Below the pieces are notes generated by a model that saw only the letters and a program-made list of their open reading frames with translations, was not told the DNA's origin and did no database searches. Below, one piece after another: positions 17,296-27,499 of a stretch of DNA of 64,000 bases; within the stretch, counting starts at the first letter, position 1; each line of letters opens with the position of its first letter. This DNA is from an uncultured Candidatus Saccharibacteria bacterium (lineage in GTDB: Bacteria > Patescibacteriota > Minisyncoccia > Phycocordibacterales > UBA12088): contig CAZMLK010000002.1 of NCBI GenBank assembly GCA_964567265.1, positions 138,813 to 202,812 on the forward strand, given 5' to 3'. Both the position numbers and the translations under genes were made by a program.

Positions 17296-18285
17296 CTATT
17301 CACCGGCATGCTCACCCTCATTGCTCTCCCTAGTCGTCGTCGCGGTCGGAGCTTTTTTCTTCGGTTCGAACGTTTTGAGGAGTCGGACGGCAGCTTCGAG
17401 CTCGCTCTGCGCTGTCTTCAGGTTCCCCTTGATGCTCTCGACAAGGTCGCGCACCTTCGAGAACTCGCCTTCAGGATCATCGGATGCAATCACGGTGGCG
17501 AAAGTCGTCTTGATGTTCCCGATGCTCGACTGTGCTGCCGCAAGCGCTGCGCGGGCAGTGATGACATGGGACTTCGCTTCCCCGACATCCTTGCCGTCGG
17601 CTTCAAGCTTCGCGATCCGTGAATCGATACGGTCTGCGATCTTGAGGAGGCGGCCGTACGCGACATCGAGGCGCGCGGCGACATGGCTCACTTCATCGGC
17701 AACCTTCGCCTTTATGCGCTCCCTTGTCGACGACGCGATCTTCTGCCACATCTCCTGGCGCTTCTCGCGAAGCTCATCGAGCGGTCCGCCGTTCCCCTTC
17801 ATCTGGCCAGGGAATACTGCTGGCCGCGTGCCGGTCGCCATGCCCGGCTTGGTCGTTGAGGCCATGCGCATGCGCATCTCCTTCTCGCGCATTTCCATCA
17901 TATTTGAAGCCGTCGTTGATGCTTGGATCTTCTTCAACATCTCTGGGGTCGGCTTCTGGAGCGGACGATTCGTCGTTGACCCTTCTGATCCCCTTGCCGG
18001 CGGCATCGGAGGCGGGGGTACGTCGCCCTCAACATGGTCTCCGCCAGTCCGTGCTCCCGTCGGAGGCTTCGCGGTGGCCGCTCCCGGACACTTCGCGAAT
18101 TCGCAGTGCGGGCCGGTGCGTCCGACGGCGCTGCCGTCTGGACACATCTTCGCTTCCGCGGTACAGATTACGCCGGCACTCGCGTCGGCGTCCGCCGTCT
18201 CGTCAGCAAGCGCGAACGATACGCCGAACAAAAAAACAAATCCAATGGACAGGAAAGTACTGCCCAGTACGCGCATTCTCGTCAT
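17296..18285 (-). CDS. secreted Cys4-module protein with long coiled-coil/Met-rich C-terminal region; paralog C
   Basis: Signal peptide, then CTAEAKMCPDGSAVGRTGPHCEFAKCPG, then Pro-rich spacer and alpha-helical heptad region. Confidence 0.6.
   Translation of the reverse strand: MTRMRVLGSTFLSIGFVFLFGVSFALADETADADASAGVICTAEAKMCPDGSAVGRTGPHCEFAKCPGAATAKPPTGARTGGDHVEGDVPPPPMPPARGSEGSTTNRPLQKPTPEMLKKIQASTTASNMMEMREKEMRMRMASTTKPGMATGTRPAVFPGQMKGNGGPLDELREKRQEMWQKIASSTRERIKAKVADEVSHVAARLDVAYGRLLKIADRIDSRIAKLEADGKDVGEAKSHVITARAALAAAQSSIGNIKTTFATVIASDDPEGEFSKVRDLVESIKGNLKTAQSELEAAVRLLKTFEPKKKAPTATTTRESNEGEHAGE
18086..18180. repeat. nucleotide-level repeat copy 3 (Cys4 module of paralog C), more diverged
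   Basis: gcagtgcgggccggtgcgtccgacggcgctgccgtctggacacatcttcgc aligns with copies 1 and 2. Confidence 0.55.
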
Positions 18286-18414
18286 AGCTATTACCTTAGT
18301 AGTAAGAATCTTCTCAGAGATTGAAAAGATCGGGAACCAGTGGTGTTGTATGTAGTATACAAACGAGCGCTCGCATATGCGAGCGCTCGTTTGTTGATAA
18401 CTCAGGGGTTTCGC

Positions 18415-18939
18415 CTACTTCGCGAACTTCTCGTTGTAAAGCTCGAGGCTCTTCTCGAAGTCCTTCTTTGCGTCAGCGGCGCCGCGGAAGCCCTTTACCT
18501 CCACTTCCTTGTTCTGGAGCTTCTTGTAGGTCGAGAAGAAGTGCTCGATTTCCTTGAGGGTGTGCTTGTTGATGTCGGAAAGGTCCTTCACATCGCTCCA
18601 CCGTGGGTCTTTGACCGGCACGGCGATTATCTTGTTGTCGGATTCGCCGTCATCCACCATGTCCATGACTGCGACTGGCCGGACGCGGACCAGGATGCCG
18701 GGCGCGAGCGGGTAGGTCGTGAGGACGAGCGCGTCGAGCGCATCCTCGTCGTACCAGTACGACTGCGGAATGAAGCCATAATCGAACGGATAGTCCTGGG
18801 AAGTATGCATCGCGCGGTCGAGGGCGATCAAGCCCGTTTCCTTGTCGATCTCGTACTTGTTCTTCGAGCCCTTCGGGATCTCGATGATGACATTCATCTC
18901 GTCAGCCGTTCCCGGCTTCACATCGTGCCAATAGTTCAT
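18415..18939 (-). CDS. ppa: inorganic pyrophosphatase (family I)
   Basis: YPFDYGFIPQSY..DGDALDALVL..., 174 aa. Confidence 0.9.
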   Translation of the reverse strand: MNYWHDVKPGTADEMNVIIEIPKGSKNKYEIDKETGLIALDRAMHTSQDYPFDYGFIPQSYWYDEDALDALVLTTYPLAPGILVRVRPVAVMDMVDDGESDNKIIAVPVKDPRWSDVKDLSDINKHTLKEIEHFFSTYKKLQNKEVEVKGFRGAADAKKDFEKSLELYNEKFAK

Positions 18940-19002
18940 AGTTCTAGTCTTTAAGTGCTTAGTCTGTAGTCTATAACCAGTCCTTTGGAGGAGAAAGGGG
19001 GA

Positions 19003-20193
19003 TTACTCCTCGGTTTTCTCTGCTGCTGCCTCCTCAGTCGCGGCTTCTGCCGGCGCTTCCGGGGCGGCTTCCTCTTCCGAAGCTTCATCTGCGGCTACGG
19101 TCGGCGCTTTTGCGGAGTGGATGTCGATCTTCCAGCCGGTCAGCTTTGCGGCGAGGCGGACATTCTGTCCGGCCTTGCCGATCGCGAGAGACTGCTGGTC
19201 TTCCGCGACCTCGACGAGCGCGCGGTGCGCGCCGTCGTCGATGACGACATTCATGACCTTTGCAGGGGAGAGTGCGTCCTCGACGAACTGCTTCTGGTTC
19301 TCAGACCACTCGATGATGTCGATCTTCTCGCCACCGAGCTCGCTCATGACGGTCGAGACGCGCACTCCGCGCTGGCCGACGAGGGAACCGACTGGGTCGA
19401 TGTGGGTATCGGTCGACGCGACGGCGATCTTGGAGCGGCTTCCCGGCTCGCGGGCGATCGCCTTCACGACGACGGTGCCGGAAACGAGCTCAGGCGCCTC
19501 GAATTCGAAGAGCTTCTCGAGGAATTTCGGGTGTGAGCGTGAAAGGCGGAGGAAGACGCCGCGTGGTCCTTCCTCGACATTGTAGAGGTAAGCGCGGAGG
19601 CGCTCTCCCTGGCGGAATCGCTCGCCGGGGATCTGTTCGTCATACGGGAGGATGCCGGTCGCGCGGCCAAGGTCGATGTAGATGTTGCCGCGCTCGATGC
19701 GCTGGACCGAACCGCTCACGATATCGCCTTCGCGCTCGCCGAATTCGTTGAGCACGGAGACCTTTTCCGCTTCGCGGATCTTCTGGATGATGACCTGCTT
19801 GGCAGTCTGGGCGGCGATGCGTCCAAAATCATCCTGCGGCTCGAGCGGGAAGACGATCTCGTCGTCGAGCTCGGCGCCTTTCTTGATGCGGCGTGCATCC
19901 TCGAGGAGGATGTGGTGTTCCGGGTTGAAGCGGACGCGCTCGTCGTCTTCCGGAGCGTCTTCCTCGTCCATGCGGACCTGGGTATCATCAACGACCAGCT
20001 TTACCTGGTAGAACTCGGTCGAACCGGTGCCAATGTCGAACTTGGCACGCACGATCTGGCCGCGCTTGCCGAATTCCTTGCGGTACGCGGTCGCGAGCGA
20101 CTGCTCGATCGCCTCGATGACTTTCGCGCGGGGGATGCCGCGCTCTTCCTCGAGCTGGTCGAGGACGGAATTGATTACTTTGAGATCAAACAT
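19003..20193 (-). CDS. nusA: transcription termination/antitermination factor NusA
   Basis: NusA N-domain, S1 and tandem KH domains (IDPVGSLVGQRGVRVSTV...), acidic C-terminal tail. Confidence 0.9.
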   Translation of the reverse strand: MFDLKVINSVLDQLEEERGIPRAKVIEAIEQSLATAYRKEFGKRGQIVRAKFDIGTGSTEFYQVKLVVDDTQVRMDEEDAPEDDERVRFNPEHHILLEDARRIKKGAELDDEIVFPLEPQDDFGRIAAQTAKQVIIQKIREAEKVSVLNEFGEREGDIVSGSVQRIERGNIYIDLGRATGILPYDEQIPGERFRQGERLRAYLYNVEEGPRGVFLRLSRSHPKFLEKLFEFEAPELVSGTVVVKAIAREPGSRSKIAVASTDTHIDPVGSLVGQRGVRVSTVMSELGGEKIDIIEWSENQKQFVEDALSPAKVMNVVIDDGAHRALVEVAEDQQSLAIGKAGQNVRLAAKLTGWKIDIHSAKAPTVAADEASEEEAAPEAPAEAATEEAAAEKTEE

Positions 20194-20362
20194 GGTTGTG
20201 TTGGTTATGAATTGGGTGGGCTCTTAAAAAAACGTGCCCGCCAAAGGCGGACAGGTCAGATAGCAAAACTATAGGCTTGCATCCGGCTTCTGTCAAGTCT
20301 GTCTGTGTTCCCCGATATCCGCATTGTAAGCCTGCTGTACACAAAAGAGAATCAACACCCTT

Positions 20363-20371
20363 TGCTATACT
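20363..20371 (+). promoter_or_regulatory. possible extended -10 element TGcTATACT upstream of pilB
   Basis: TGnTATACT 23 nt before the GTG start. Confidence 0.25.
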
Positions 20372-20393
20372 AATGAACGAATAGAAACTTGCT

Positions 20394-22145
20394 GTGTACG
20401 TTAATACAGAACAACTGAAGGAGTTTGTCCTCGATTCGGGCCTGGTGTCCCGGAAAGACTTTGAGGCTGCGGAAAAGGCGGCTGAAGAGAAGGGGGTGAC
20501 GGTCGAGCAGGCGCTCATGAATGCGGGCAAGGCGAGCGAGGACGACATCCGCCGTGTCCAAGCCTACGTGCTCGGGATCCCGTTCATCAACCTCAAGAAG
20601 CAGAAGATCGATTTCGATATCCTCTCCCTGATCCCCGAGCCGATCGCCCGGAAGCACAACATCGTCGCCTTCAAGAAGGCGGAAGGGGCGCTCGAGGTCG
20701 CGATGCTCGACATCGACAACCTCCAGGCGATCGAGTTCGTGAAGAAGAAGGTGGGTCTCAAGATCTTGCCACGCCTCACCGACGCGGATTCCATCAAGGA
20801 ACTCCTCCTGCAGTACCAGAAGACACTCAAGGACGAATTCGGCGACCTCATCAAGAAAGAATCTGCAACACTCGACGTGCTGCCGGAAGGGGAGGACGCG
20901 TCCGTCTCCGAGAAGGACCTCAAGAAGATCGCGGAGGACCTGCCGGTGGTGCGCATCGTGAATTCGCTCCTCAAGCATGCGATCATCCAGGACGCATCCG
21001 ACATCCACATCGAGCCCATGGAGAACGAGGTGCTGGTGCGGTACCGCATCGACGGCCTCCTCCATGACGCGATGACGCTTCCGAAGAACGCAGGCGCGTC
21101 GATCACCGCGCGCATCAAGGTGCTTTCGAACCTGAAATTGGATGAGAAGCGCCTCCCGCAGGACGGCCGCTTCAAGATGCGCATCGACAACGACAAGGTG
21201 TCATTCCGCGTCTCGATCCTCCCGACGTATTTCGGCGAGAAGACCGTGATGCGCCTCCTTCGCGAGTCGGGCGGCGGCTTCACACTCGAAAGTCTCGGCT
21301 TCCACGGCGAAGGACTGGAACGCATCCATGCAGCGACCAAGCTCGCCACCGGCATGATCCTCACGACCGGACCGACCGGAAGCGGCAAGACGACGACGCT
21401 CTATACCGTGCTTGATATCTTGAATACGCCGGATGTGAACATTTCTACTATCGAGGACCCGATCGAGTACCAGATGGCGCGTGTCAACCAGACGCAGGTC
21501 AAGCCGGAGATCGGATTCACGTTCACGAACGGCCTCCGCTCGCTGGTGCGCCAGGACCCGGACATCATCATGGTGGGAGAAATTCGCGACGGAGAGACGG
21601 CGTCGCTCGCCATCAATGCGTCTTTGACCGGCCACTTGGTGCTTTCGACGCTCCACACCAACAGCGCTACGGGAACCATGCCGCGCCTCATCGACATGGG
21701 CTGCGAGCCGTTCCTGATCGTTTCCACCTTGAATGTGGTCATTGGCCAGCGCCTCGTGCGCAAGCTGACCGGGGGGAAGGAGGAATACAATCTCTCGTCC
21801 GCGGAAATCAAATCATTGTCCGAGCATGCCGATCTCGACCTAGTCTTGAAGACATTGAAGGATGAGAGCATCGTCCCCAAGAACGCCACCTTCGACAAGA
21901 TCCCGTTCTACAGGCCGGTCGCCTCTCCCGAAGCAGGGGATGGCTACAAGGGTCGTATCGGCATCCACGAGGTGTTCAAGATGACGCCGACCATCCGCGA
22001 GATGGTGATGCAGGGAAAGACCGCGGCTGATATCGAGGTGCAGGCGAAGAAAGAAGGTATGCTCACGATGCTCGAGGACGGCATCTTCAAGGCTGTCGAG
22101 GGCGTGACGACGATCGAGGAGGTCTTGCGCGTCGTCAGCGAATAA
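20394..22145 (+). CDS. pilB: type IV pilus assembly ATPase PilB (GspE family)
   Basis: GSPII_E N-domain, Walker A GPTGSGKTTTLYTVL, Asp box, His box, tetracysteine-less variant. Confidence 0.9.
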   Translation: MYVNTEQLKEFVLDSGLVSRKDFEAAEKAAEEKGVTVEQALMNAGKASEDDIRRVQAYVLGIPFINLKKQKIDFDILSLIPEPIARKHNIVAFKKAEGALEVAMLDIDNLQAIEFVKKKVGLKILPRLTDADSIKELLLQYQKTLKDEFGDLIKKESATLDVLPEGEDASVSEKDLKKIAEDLPVVRIVNSLLKHAIIQDASDIHIEPMENEVLVRYRIDGLLHDAMTLPKNAGASITARIKVLSNLKLDEKRLPQDGRFKMRIDNDKVSFRVSILPTYFGEKTVMRLLRESGGGFTLESLGFHGEGLERIHAATKLATGMILTTGPTGSGKTTTLYTVLDILNTPDVNISTIEDPIEYQMARVNQTQVKPEIGFTFTNGLRSLVRQDPDIIMVGEIRDGETASLAINASLTGHLVLSTLHTNSATGTMPRLIDMGCEPFLIVSTLNVVIGQRLVRKLTGGKEEYNLSSAEIKSLSEHADLDLVLKTLKDESIVPKNATFDKIPFYRPVASPEAGDGYKGRIGIHEVFKMTPTIREMVMQGKTAADIEVQAKKEGMLTMLEDGIFKAVEGVTTIEEVLRVVSE

Positions 22146-22346
22146 CTCACCATACTAAAAAGATTCGCCGCGGGCCCCTTTGGGGCCCGCGGCGTTTCGC
22201 TACGATACAGGTTCTTCCATATCGAACTCTATCTGGCGCACGGGGATACTAGTGCCCGGTATTCGCTCGCAAGCAGCGAAGAAGTCGCGATTATCCGCAT
22301 TTCTCGCGTAGCGAGAAATGCGGATTGCTCTTACAATTGAAATGCA

Positions 22347-23567
22347 ATGGCGATCTTTACGTACAAGGCGACGAACAAGGAAGGGGAAGAGTATGAAGGG
22401 ACCGCGACCGTCGCCGACCGATTCGAGCTCTACTCGCATATCCAGAAGGAAGGCGGCACGATCATTTCCTATGCCGAGGGTAGTGCGGGCGGCGGTTTCA
22501 CGCTCGATGCGCTCATTAGCAAGATTTTCGGCCGCGTGAAGGAAACGGACAAGATCGTTCTTACAAGGAATCTCTCCGCGATGCTTACGGCAGGACTCTC
22601 GCTCACGCGCGCGATGGCCGTGATGAACCGCCAGACCAAGAACAAGAAGCTCAAAACCATCCTTGGGATGGTCGAGGGCTCGATCGAGAAGGGCGGCACC
22701 TTCCATGAGGCGCTGATCCCGTACCCGAACGTATTCAGTCCGCTCATGGTCGCCATGGTGAAGGCGGGCGAGGAAGGCGGCCGCCTCGCGGAATCGCTCT
22801 CGACGATCTCGAACCAGCTCGACCGCTCGTACAACCTCAAGAAGAAGATCCGCGGCGCGCTCATCTATCCCTCGATCGTCATCTTCGCGCTCGTGGTCGT
22901 CGGCATCCTGATGCTCATCTTCATCGTGCCGACCTTGACGAAGACCTTCACCGAGCTCCATGTTGAGCTCCCGGCCAGCACGAAGTTCGTCATCGCGTCG
23001 AGCAATTTCCTCACGCACCATACAGCCACCGCCGTCGCGATCGCCCTCCTCATCGCGGGCGGGGTCTGGATGGCGCTGCGGACCAAGAACGGCCGGCGCA
23101 CGTTCGAGTGGCTCCTTCTCCGCATCCCGATCATCGGCACGCTGGTCCGCGAGACGAATGCCGCCCGCACTGCGCGCACGCTCTCCTCGCTGCTTTCGTC
23201 GGGCGTCGAGATCGTCCGCTCGCTCGAGATCACCGTCGAGGTGGTGCAGAACTCGTACTACAAGGAAGTGATCGTCGAGGCGGGGGAGCGCATCCAGAAA
23301 GGACTCCCGCTCTTCGAGGTGTTCAACAAGTACGAGTCGTTGTACCCGCCCTTGGTCGCGGAACTGATCGCGGTCGGCGAGGAGACTGGAAAGCTCCCGG
23401 ACATGCTGCTCCAGATCGCGGATTTCTACGAGCGCGAAGTCGAGCAGAAGACGAAGGATATGTCGACCATCATCGAGCCGTTCCTCATGATCATCGTGGG
23501 CTCGGTCGTCGGCTTCTTCGCGGTCTCGATGATCACGCCGATCTACTCCATCACGGAGAATATTTAA
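22347..23567 (+). CDS. pilC: type IV pilus inner-membrane platform protein PilC (GspF family)
   Basis: Two T2SSF repeats, three TM segments. Confidence 0.9.
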   Translation: MAIFTYKATNKEGEEYEGTATVADRFELYSHIQKEGGTIISYAEGSAGGGFTLDALISKIFGRVKETDKIVLTRNLSAMLTAGLSLTRAMAVMNRQTKNKKLKTILGMVEGSIEKGGTFHEALIPYPNVFSPLMVAMVKAGEEGGRLAESLSTISNQLDRSYNLKKKIRGALIYPSIVIFALVVVGILMLIFIVPTLTKTFTELHVELPASTKFVIASSNFLTHHTATAVAIALLIAGGVWMALRTKNGRRTFEWLLLRIPIIGTLVRETNAARTARTLSSLLSSGVEIVRSLEITVEVVQNSYYKEVIVEAGERIQKGLPLFEVFNKYESLYPPLVAELIAVGEETGKLPDMLLQIADFYEREVEQKTKDMSTIIEPFLMIIVGSVVGFFAVSMITPIYSITENI

Positions 23568-23596
23568 TGCAGGCGTAATCCTGGCATTCTGCCGCA

Positions 23597-25357
23597 ATGA
23601 CTTTTCGCACCACACATTCGGCCGCGCGCGGCTTCTCACTCATCGATACCATCATCGGCATCGCGCTCATGACCATCGTCTTCTTCGCGCTCTTCGGCGC
23701 GTTCCGCTTCAGCTTGATCCTACTCGGCATCGCGAAGGCAAAGATCAGCGCGATCGCGCTCGCGAACGAGCAGATGGAATACATCCGCTCCATCGATTAC
23801 GACTCGGTCGGTACCGTGTCCGGCATCCCGGCAGGCGCGATCCCTCAGATAGAGAATTTCACCTACAACAATATCGCCTACACGCGGCGCGTGCTGGTGC
23901 AGTACGAGGATGCGCCGCAGGACGGGCTCGGCGCCGCCGACTCGAACAGTCTCACCGCCGACTACAAGCGCATCAAGGTCACGGTCTCGTGGACGGCGCG
24001 CGGCCGCGCGTTCGAGTACTCGCTCATCTCGACCATGGTGCCGCGCGGCGTCGAGAGCGTCGCGGGCGGCGGTACGCTCCGCATTTATGCGCTCTCAGCG
24101 CTCGGCGCGCCGCTCGATGATGCGACCGTACGAATCCAGAACCCGTCAACAACGCCCGCGATCGACGTCACGGTGAATACGAACAGCGCCGGCAAGGTCG
24201 AATTTCCGGGCGGCACGCCGGCCGCGAGCGGCTACCAGATCACCGTCTCGAAGAGCGGATACAGCACGGCGAAGACGTATTCGGTCACGGCCGCGAACCC
24301 GAGCCCAAGCCCTGGCCATCTCACGGTGGTCGCCGGCGGCACCACGAGCTCGACCTTCTCGATCGATCAGACGGCGACGAATACCATCCGCACCTTCATC
24401 CCGCTCCAGGCAGGCAGCTTCTCGGATTCGTTCCCGAACAGCGCGCAGACATCGCTCCTCGCCTCGACGACGGTTGCGGGAGGCGAGGTGGATCTCGTGA
24501 TTGATCCAGATACCAGCGATTATGCGCCGCAGGGGGAGGTGCGCTCGACGACTGTGAATCCGTCATACCTGTACTCGTGGGAATCGTTCTCCTGGACCGA
24601 CGACCGGCCAGCGGGCACGGATATCCGTTATCGCGTGTACTACGATACCGGTTCTGGATACGCGCTCGTGCCGGATAGCGCCCTGCCGGGAAATGCGCTC
24701 GGCGCGACGACTTCACCGATTGTGCTCACGACGCTTGCAACGACCACCTATCCGCGCCTCCGGCTCTCGGCAACACTTGCGGCCTCTGTGGGATCAACTA
24801 CGCCGAGCGTCCATGACTGGGATCTCTCATACAAAGGCGGCCCGACGCCGCTTCCGAATATCGCATTCACGCTCCAGGGTGCGAAGACTATCGGCACCAA
24901 TGGCGTCGGCACGCCTATATATAAGTACTCGCAGAGCCTGAATACGGGCGCGAGCTCCGTGGTTGCGGTTCCCGGCCTCGAGTGGGACAACTACACCATC
25001 ACGCTTTCAGGCGGCACCTATGACATCGCGGAATCCTGCAAGCCGCAGCCGGTCGGCGTGACGCCCGGGAGCATGATCACGACTGATCTCACACTTGCGG
25101 CGCATACCACGAACTCGCTCCTGGTCGCGGTCCGTGACAATGCCGGCGCACTCGCTTCTGGCGCGACGGTGCGCCTCTATGGCGGCGCGACCGACATCAC
25201 GAAGACAAGTTCCGAATGCGGGCAGGCCTTCTTCAGCAGCCTCTCTTCAAGCCTTCCGTACACGCTCGAGGTGTCGAAGTCTGGCTTCCAGACGACCACC
25301 ATCACGCCGGTCAATGTGGGCGGGAACCAGAGTATGAGCGCGACCATCAATCCGTAA
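23597..25357 (+). CDS. large prepilin-like (pseudopilin/minor pilin) protein
   Basis: Leader MTFRTTHSAARG then FSLIDTIIGIALMTIVFFALF (class III signal-like, D at +5), 586 aa Thr/Ser-rich beta-type body. Confidence 0.55.
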   Translation: MTFRTTHSAARGFSLIDTIIGIALMTIVFFALFGAFRFSLILLGIAKAKISAIALANEQMEYIRSIDYDSVGTVSGIPAGAIPQIENFTYNNIAYTRRVLVQYEDAPQDGLGAADSNSLTADYKRIKVTVSWTARGRAFEYSLISTMVPRGVESVAGGGTLRIYALSALGAPLDDATVRIQNPSTTPAIDVTVNTNSAGKVEFPGGTPAASGYQITVSKSGYSTAKTYSVTAANPSPSPGHLTVVAGGTTSSTFSIDQTATNTIRTFIPLQAGSFSDSFPNSAQTSLLASTTVAGGEVDLVIDPDTSDYAPQGEVRSTTVNPSYLYSWESFSWTDDRPAGTDIRYRVYYDTGSGYALVPDSALPGNALGATTSPIVLTTLATTTYPRLRLSATLAASVGSTTPSVHDWDLSYKGGPTPLPNIAFTLQGAKTIGTNGVGTPIYKYSQSLNTGASSVVAVPGLEWDNYTITLSGGTYDIAESCKPQPVGVTPGSMITTDLTLAAHTTNSLLVAVRDNAGALASGATVRLYGGATDITKTSSECGQAFFSSLSSSLPYTLEVSKSGFQTTTITPVNVGGNQSMSATINP

Positions 25358-25364
25358 GAGCGAT

Positions 25365-25988
25365 ATGAACCCTTTTTTCAAACATGAGGATACCGGCGGG
25401 GTGCGCGGCATGACGCTCATCGAGATGCTCGTCGTGATCGCGGTCGGTACCGCCGCGTCTCTCGTCCTCAGCGCGAACATCATCTATCTCTACAAGATCA
25501 ACCAGATCAGCTACGAGCAGGGCTTCGCCCTCGAGAGCGCGCGCCGCGGCATCGAGCTTTTGGTGCGCGATATCCGCGAGGCGACCTATTCCGACGACGG
25601 CTCGTTCCCGATCGTCGCCATGAGCCCGTACTCCTTGATCGTCTACAGCGACACCGACCGCGATTCGAGCGTCGAGCGCATACGCTATTTCATTTCAGGA
25701 ACCAACCTGAAGCGCGGTATTGTAGATGCGACGGGCACGCCGCTCACGTATCCGACTGCAAATGAGAAGGTGACGCTCGTTTCCGACTACGTGCGCAATT
25801 CCGAGCAGAGCATTCCTTCGTTCACGTACTACAACGCGGCAGGGGCGGAGATCACCGATTTCACCGATGTCTCCGACGTGACCTTCGTGAAAGTGAATCT
25901 CATCGTCAACATCAGCCCGACGCACCTGCCTGACGAATTCCTACTCCGCTCGAGCGCGGCGGTGAGAAACCTTCGCCCAAACCCTTAA
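25365..25988 (+). CDS. type IV pilin-like protein (PilW/GspJ-like pseudopilin)
   Basis: Canonical prepilin signal MNPFFKHEDTGGVRG|MTLIEMLVVIAVGTAA. Confidence 0.7.
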   Translation: MNPFFKHEDTGGVRGMTLIEMLVVIAVGTAASLVLSANIIYLYKINQISYEQGFALESARRGIELLVRDIREATYSDDGSFPIVAMSPYSLIVYSDTDRDSSVERIRYFISGTNLKRGIVDATGTPLTYPTANEKVTLVSDYVRNSEQSIPSFTYYNAAGAEITDFTDVSDVTFVKVNLIVNISPTHLPDEFLLRSSAAVRNLRPNP

Positions 25989-25993
25989 CAGGT

Positions 25994-27421
25994 ATGCACT
26001 TCTTCCCAAAAGCAGGACGCGAGAAGGGGAGTCTCATCCTCCTCACCTTGGTATTCGCGGGCATCTTCACCATGATCGTCGCGTCCTTGGCATCATTCCT
26101 CATCGTCCAGCAGAAGGTGGAGCGCGGGAAGGAAGCGCGCGAGCAGGCGATCCAGATCGCAGAAGGCGGGCTCGACTATTACAAATGGTTCCTCGCGCAT
26201 TACCCGAACGACCTCAAGGACGGCACAGGCGTCGCAGGACCGTATGTTCACGACTATACCGATCCGGAGGGCGGCTCGATCGGCAAGTTCTCGCTCTCGG
26301 TGTCAGGAAATTCTCAGTGCGGGTCGGTCGCGTCTATCGACATCACTTCGACCGGCTGGACCAATGACCGGGCCGAGCTGAAGCGTACGGTCTACGGACG
26401 CTATGCGCGGCCATCAGTCGCGGAATTCTCACATATATTGAACAGCAGTGTCTGGGCCGGAAGCGACCGTGAGATCTACGGGCCCTACCACTCGAACGGC
26501 GGCATCCGCATGGATGGCACCAACTATTCGAAGGTCACGAGCGCCGTCTCGACCTGGTCGTGCACCGCGAGCTTCGGCTGCTCGCCGACGGCGACCAAGA
26601 ACGGCGTATTCGGGAGCGGGCCGAACGCGAGCCTTTGGCAGTTCCCGGTCGCGCCGGTCGATTTCAACGGGCTCACGGTGGACCTGGTCGCGATGAAGAA
26701 TCTCGCGCAGACCCAGGGCGGCGTCTATTATCCGCCGGCAGGAAAGGGATATCACATCATCTTCAACGCGAATGGCACCATGACGGTGTACCGCGTGAAT
26801 AACACTTCCACGGTCTGGAGCTATTCCACTGAGGATGGGTGGGTACAAGACCCGCAGATCATCACGAACCAGACAAATCTCGGGACCATTGCCGTTCCGG
26901 CGAACTGCAAGGTCATCTTCGTCGAGGACAATCTGTGGCTTGAAGGGATCGTTTCTGGGAAAGTTGCGATCGCTGCCGCGAACGTGATCAACGCGACCAT
27001 CTCGCCGCGCATCCTCCTTTCGGGAAATATCACGTACGTGACCGGCGGCACGACGGATGGCCTTACCGCGATCGCCGAGGATTCCGTGTTGATCCCGCTC
27101 CAATCGCCGACGAACATGGAGCTCCACGGCGTATTCATTGCCCAGAATGGACGGTTCGCGCGCGACCACTATGTGACCTCGGGTACCAACCAAGTGCCGA
27201 GCGCCTACGATTCCTACGTGCAGCAGAATGACCTCATCATGTACGGCACCATCGTCTCGAATGGCCGCGTCGGGACCCAGTGGACCTGCGGCGGCACCTT
27301 CTGCTCCGGCTATGCGAACCGTGAGAATTACTACGACCGCAATCTCGCGACCTCGCCGCCGCCCCTTACCCCGCACACGAGCGAGGACTACCGGTTTATC
27401 GAGTGGCGGGAGAATGACTAA
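25994..27421 (+). CDS. PilX-like minor pilin/pilus tip-associated protein
   Basis: N-terminal GSLILLTLVFAGIFTMIVASLASFLIV hydrophobic helix as in PilX_N, large Thr/Gly/Asn-rich body. Confidence 0.5.
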   Translation: MHFFPKAGREKGSLILLTLVFAGIFTMIVASLASFLIVQQKVERGKEAREQAIQIAEGGLDYYKWFLAHYPNDLKDGTGVAGPYVHDYTDPEGGSIGKFSLSVSGNSQCGSVASIDITSTGWTNDRAELKRTVYGRYARPSVAEFSHILNSSVWAGSDREIYGPYHSNGGIRMDGTNYSKVTSAVSTWSCTASFGCSPTATKNGVFGSGPNASLWQFPVAPVDFNGLTVDLVAMKNLAQTQGGVYYPPAGKGYHIIFNANGTMTVYRVNNTSTVWSYSTEDGWVQDPQIITNQTNLGTIAVPANCKVIFVEDNLWLEGIVSGKVAIAAANVINATISPRILLSGNITYVTGGTTDGLTAIAEDSVLIPLQSPTNMELHGVFIAQNGRFARDHYVTSGTNQVPSAYDSYVQQNDLIMYGTIVSNGRVGTQWTCGGTFCSGYANRENYYDRNLATSPPPLTPHTSEDYRFIEWREND

Positions 27422-27440
27422 GAGTGCGCGCTGCCTCGCA

Positions 27441-27477
27441 AGGCCAGCCGGACCCTTCGGGTCCGGCTGGCCTTTTC
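27441..27477 (+). terminator. intrinsic terminator aggccagccggaccc-ttc-gggtccggctggcct + TTTT
   Basis: 15-bp GC stem followed by a T-run. Confidence 0.6.
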
Positions 27478-27499
27478 TAAACATGGTATTATAGGCCGG

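Noticed and set aside
17321-18355. 344-aa plus-strand ORF
   Set aside because: It is antisense to Cys4 paralog C, which is supported by the family motif. The translation is Ser/Ala/Arg-rich.
22200-23639. 479-aa minus-strand ORF
   Set aside because: It is antisense to pilC. It has an R/D/E-rich low-complexity translation and no TM or domain signal.
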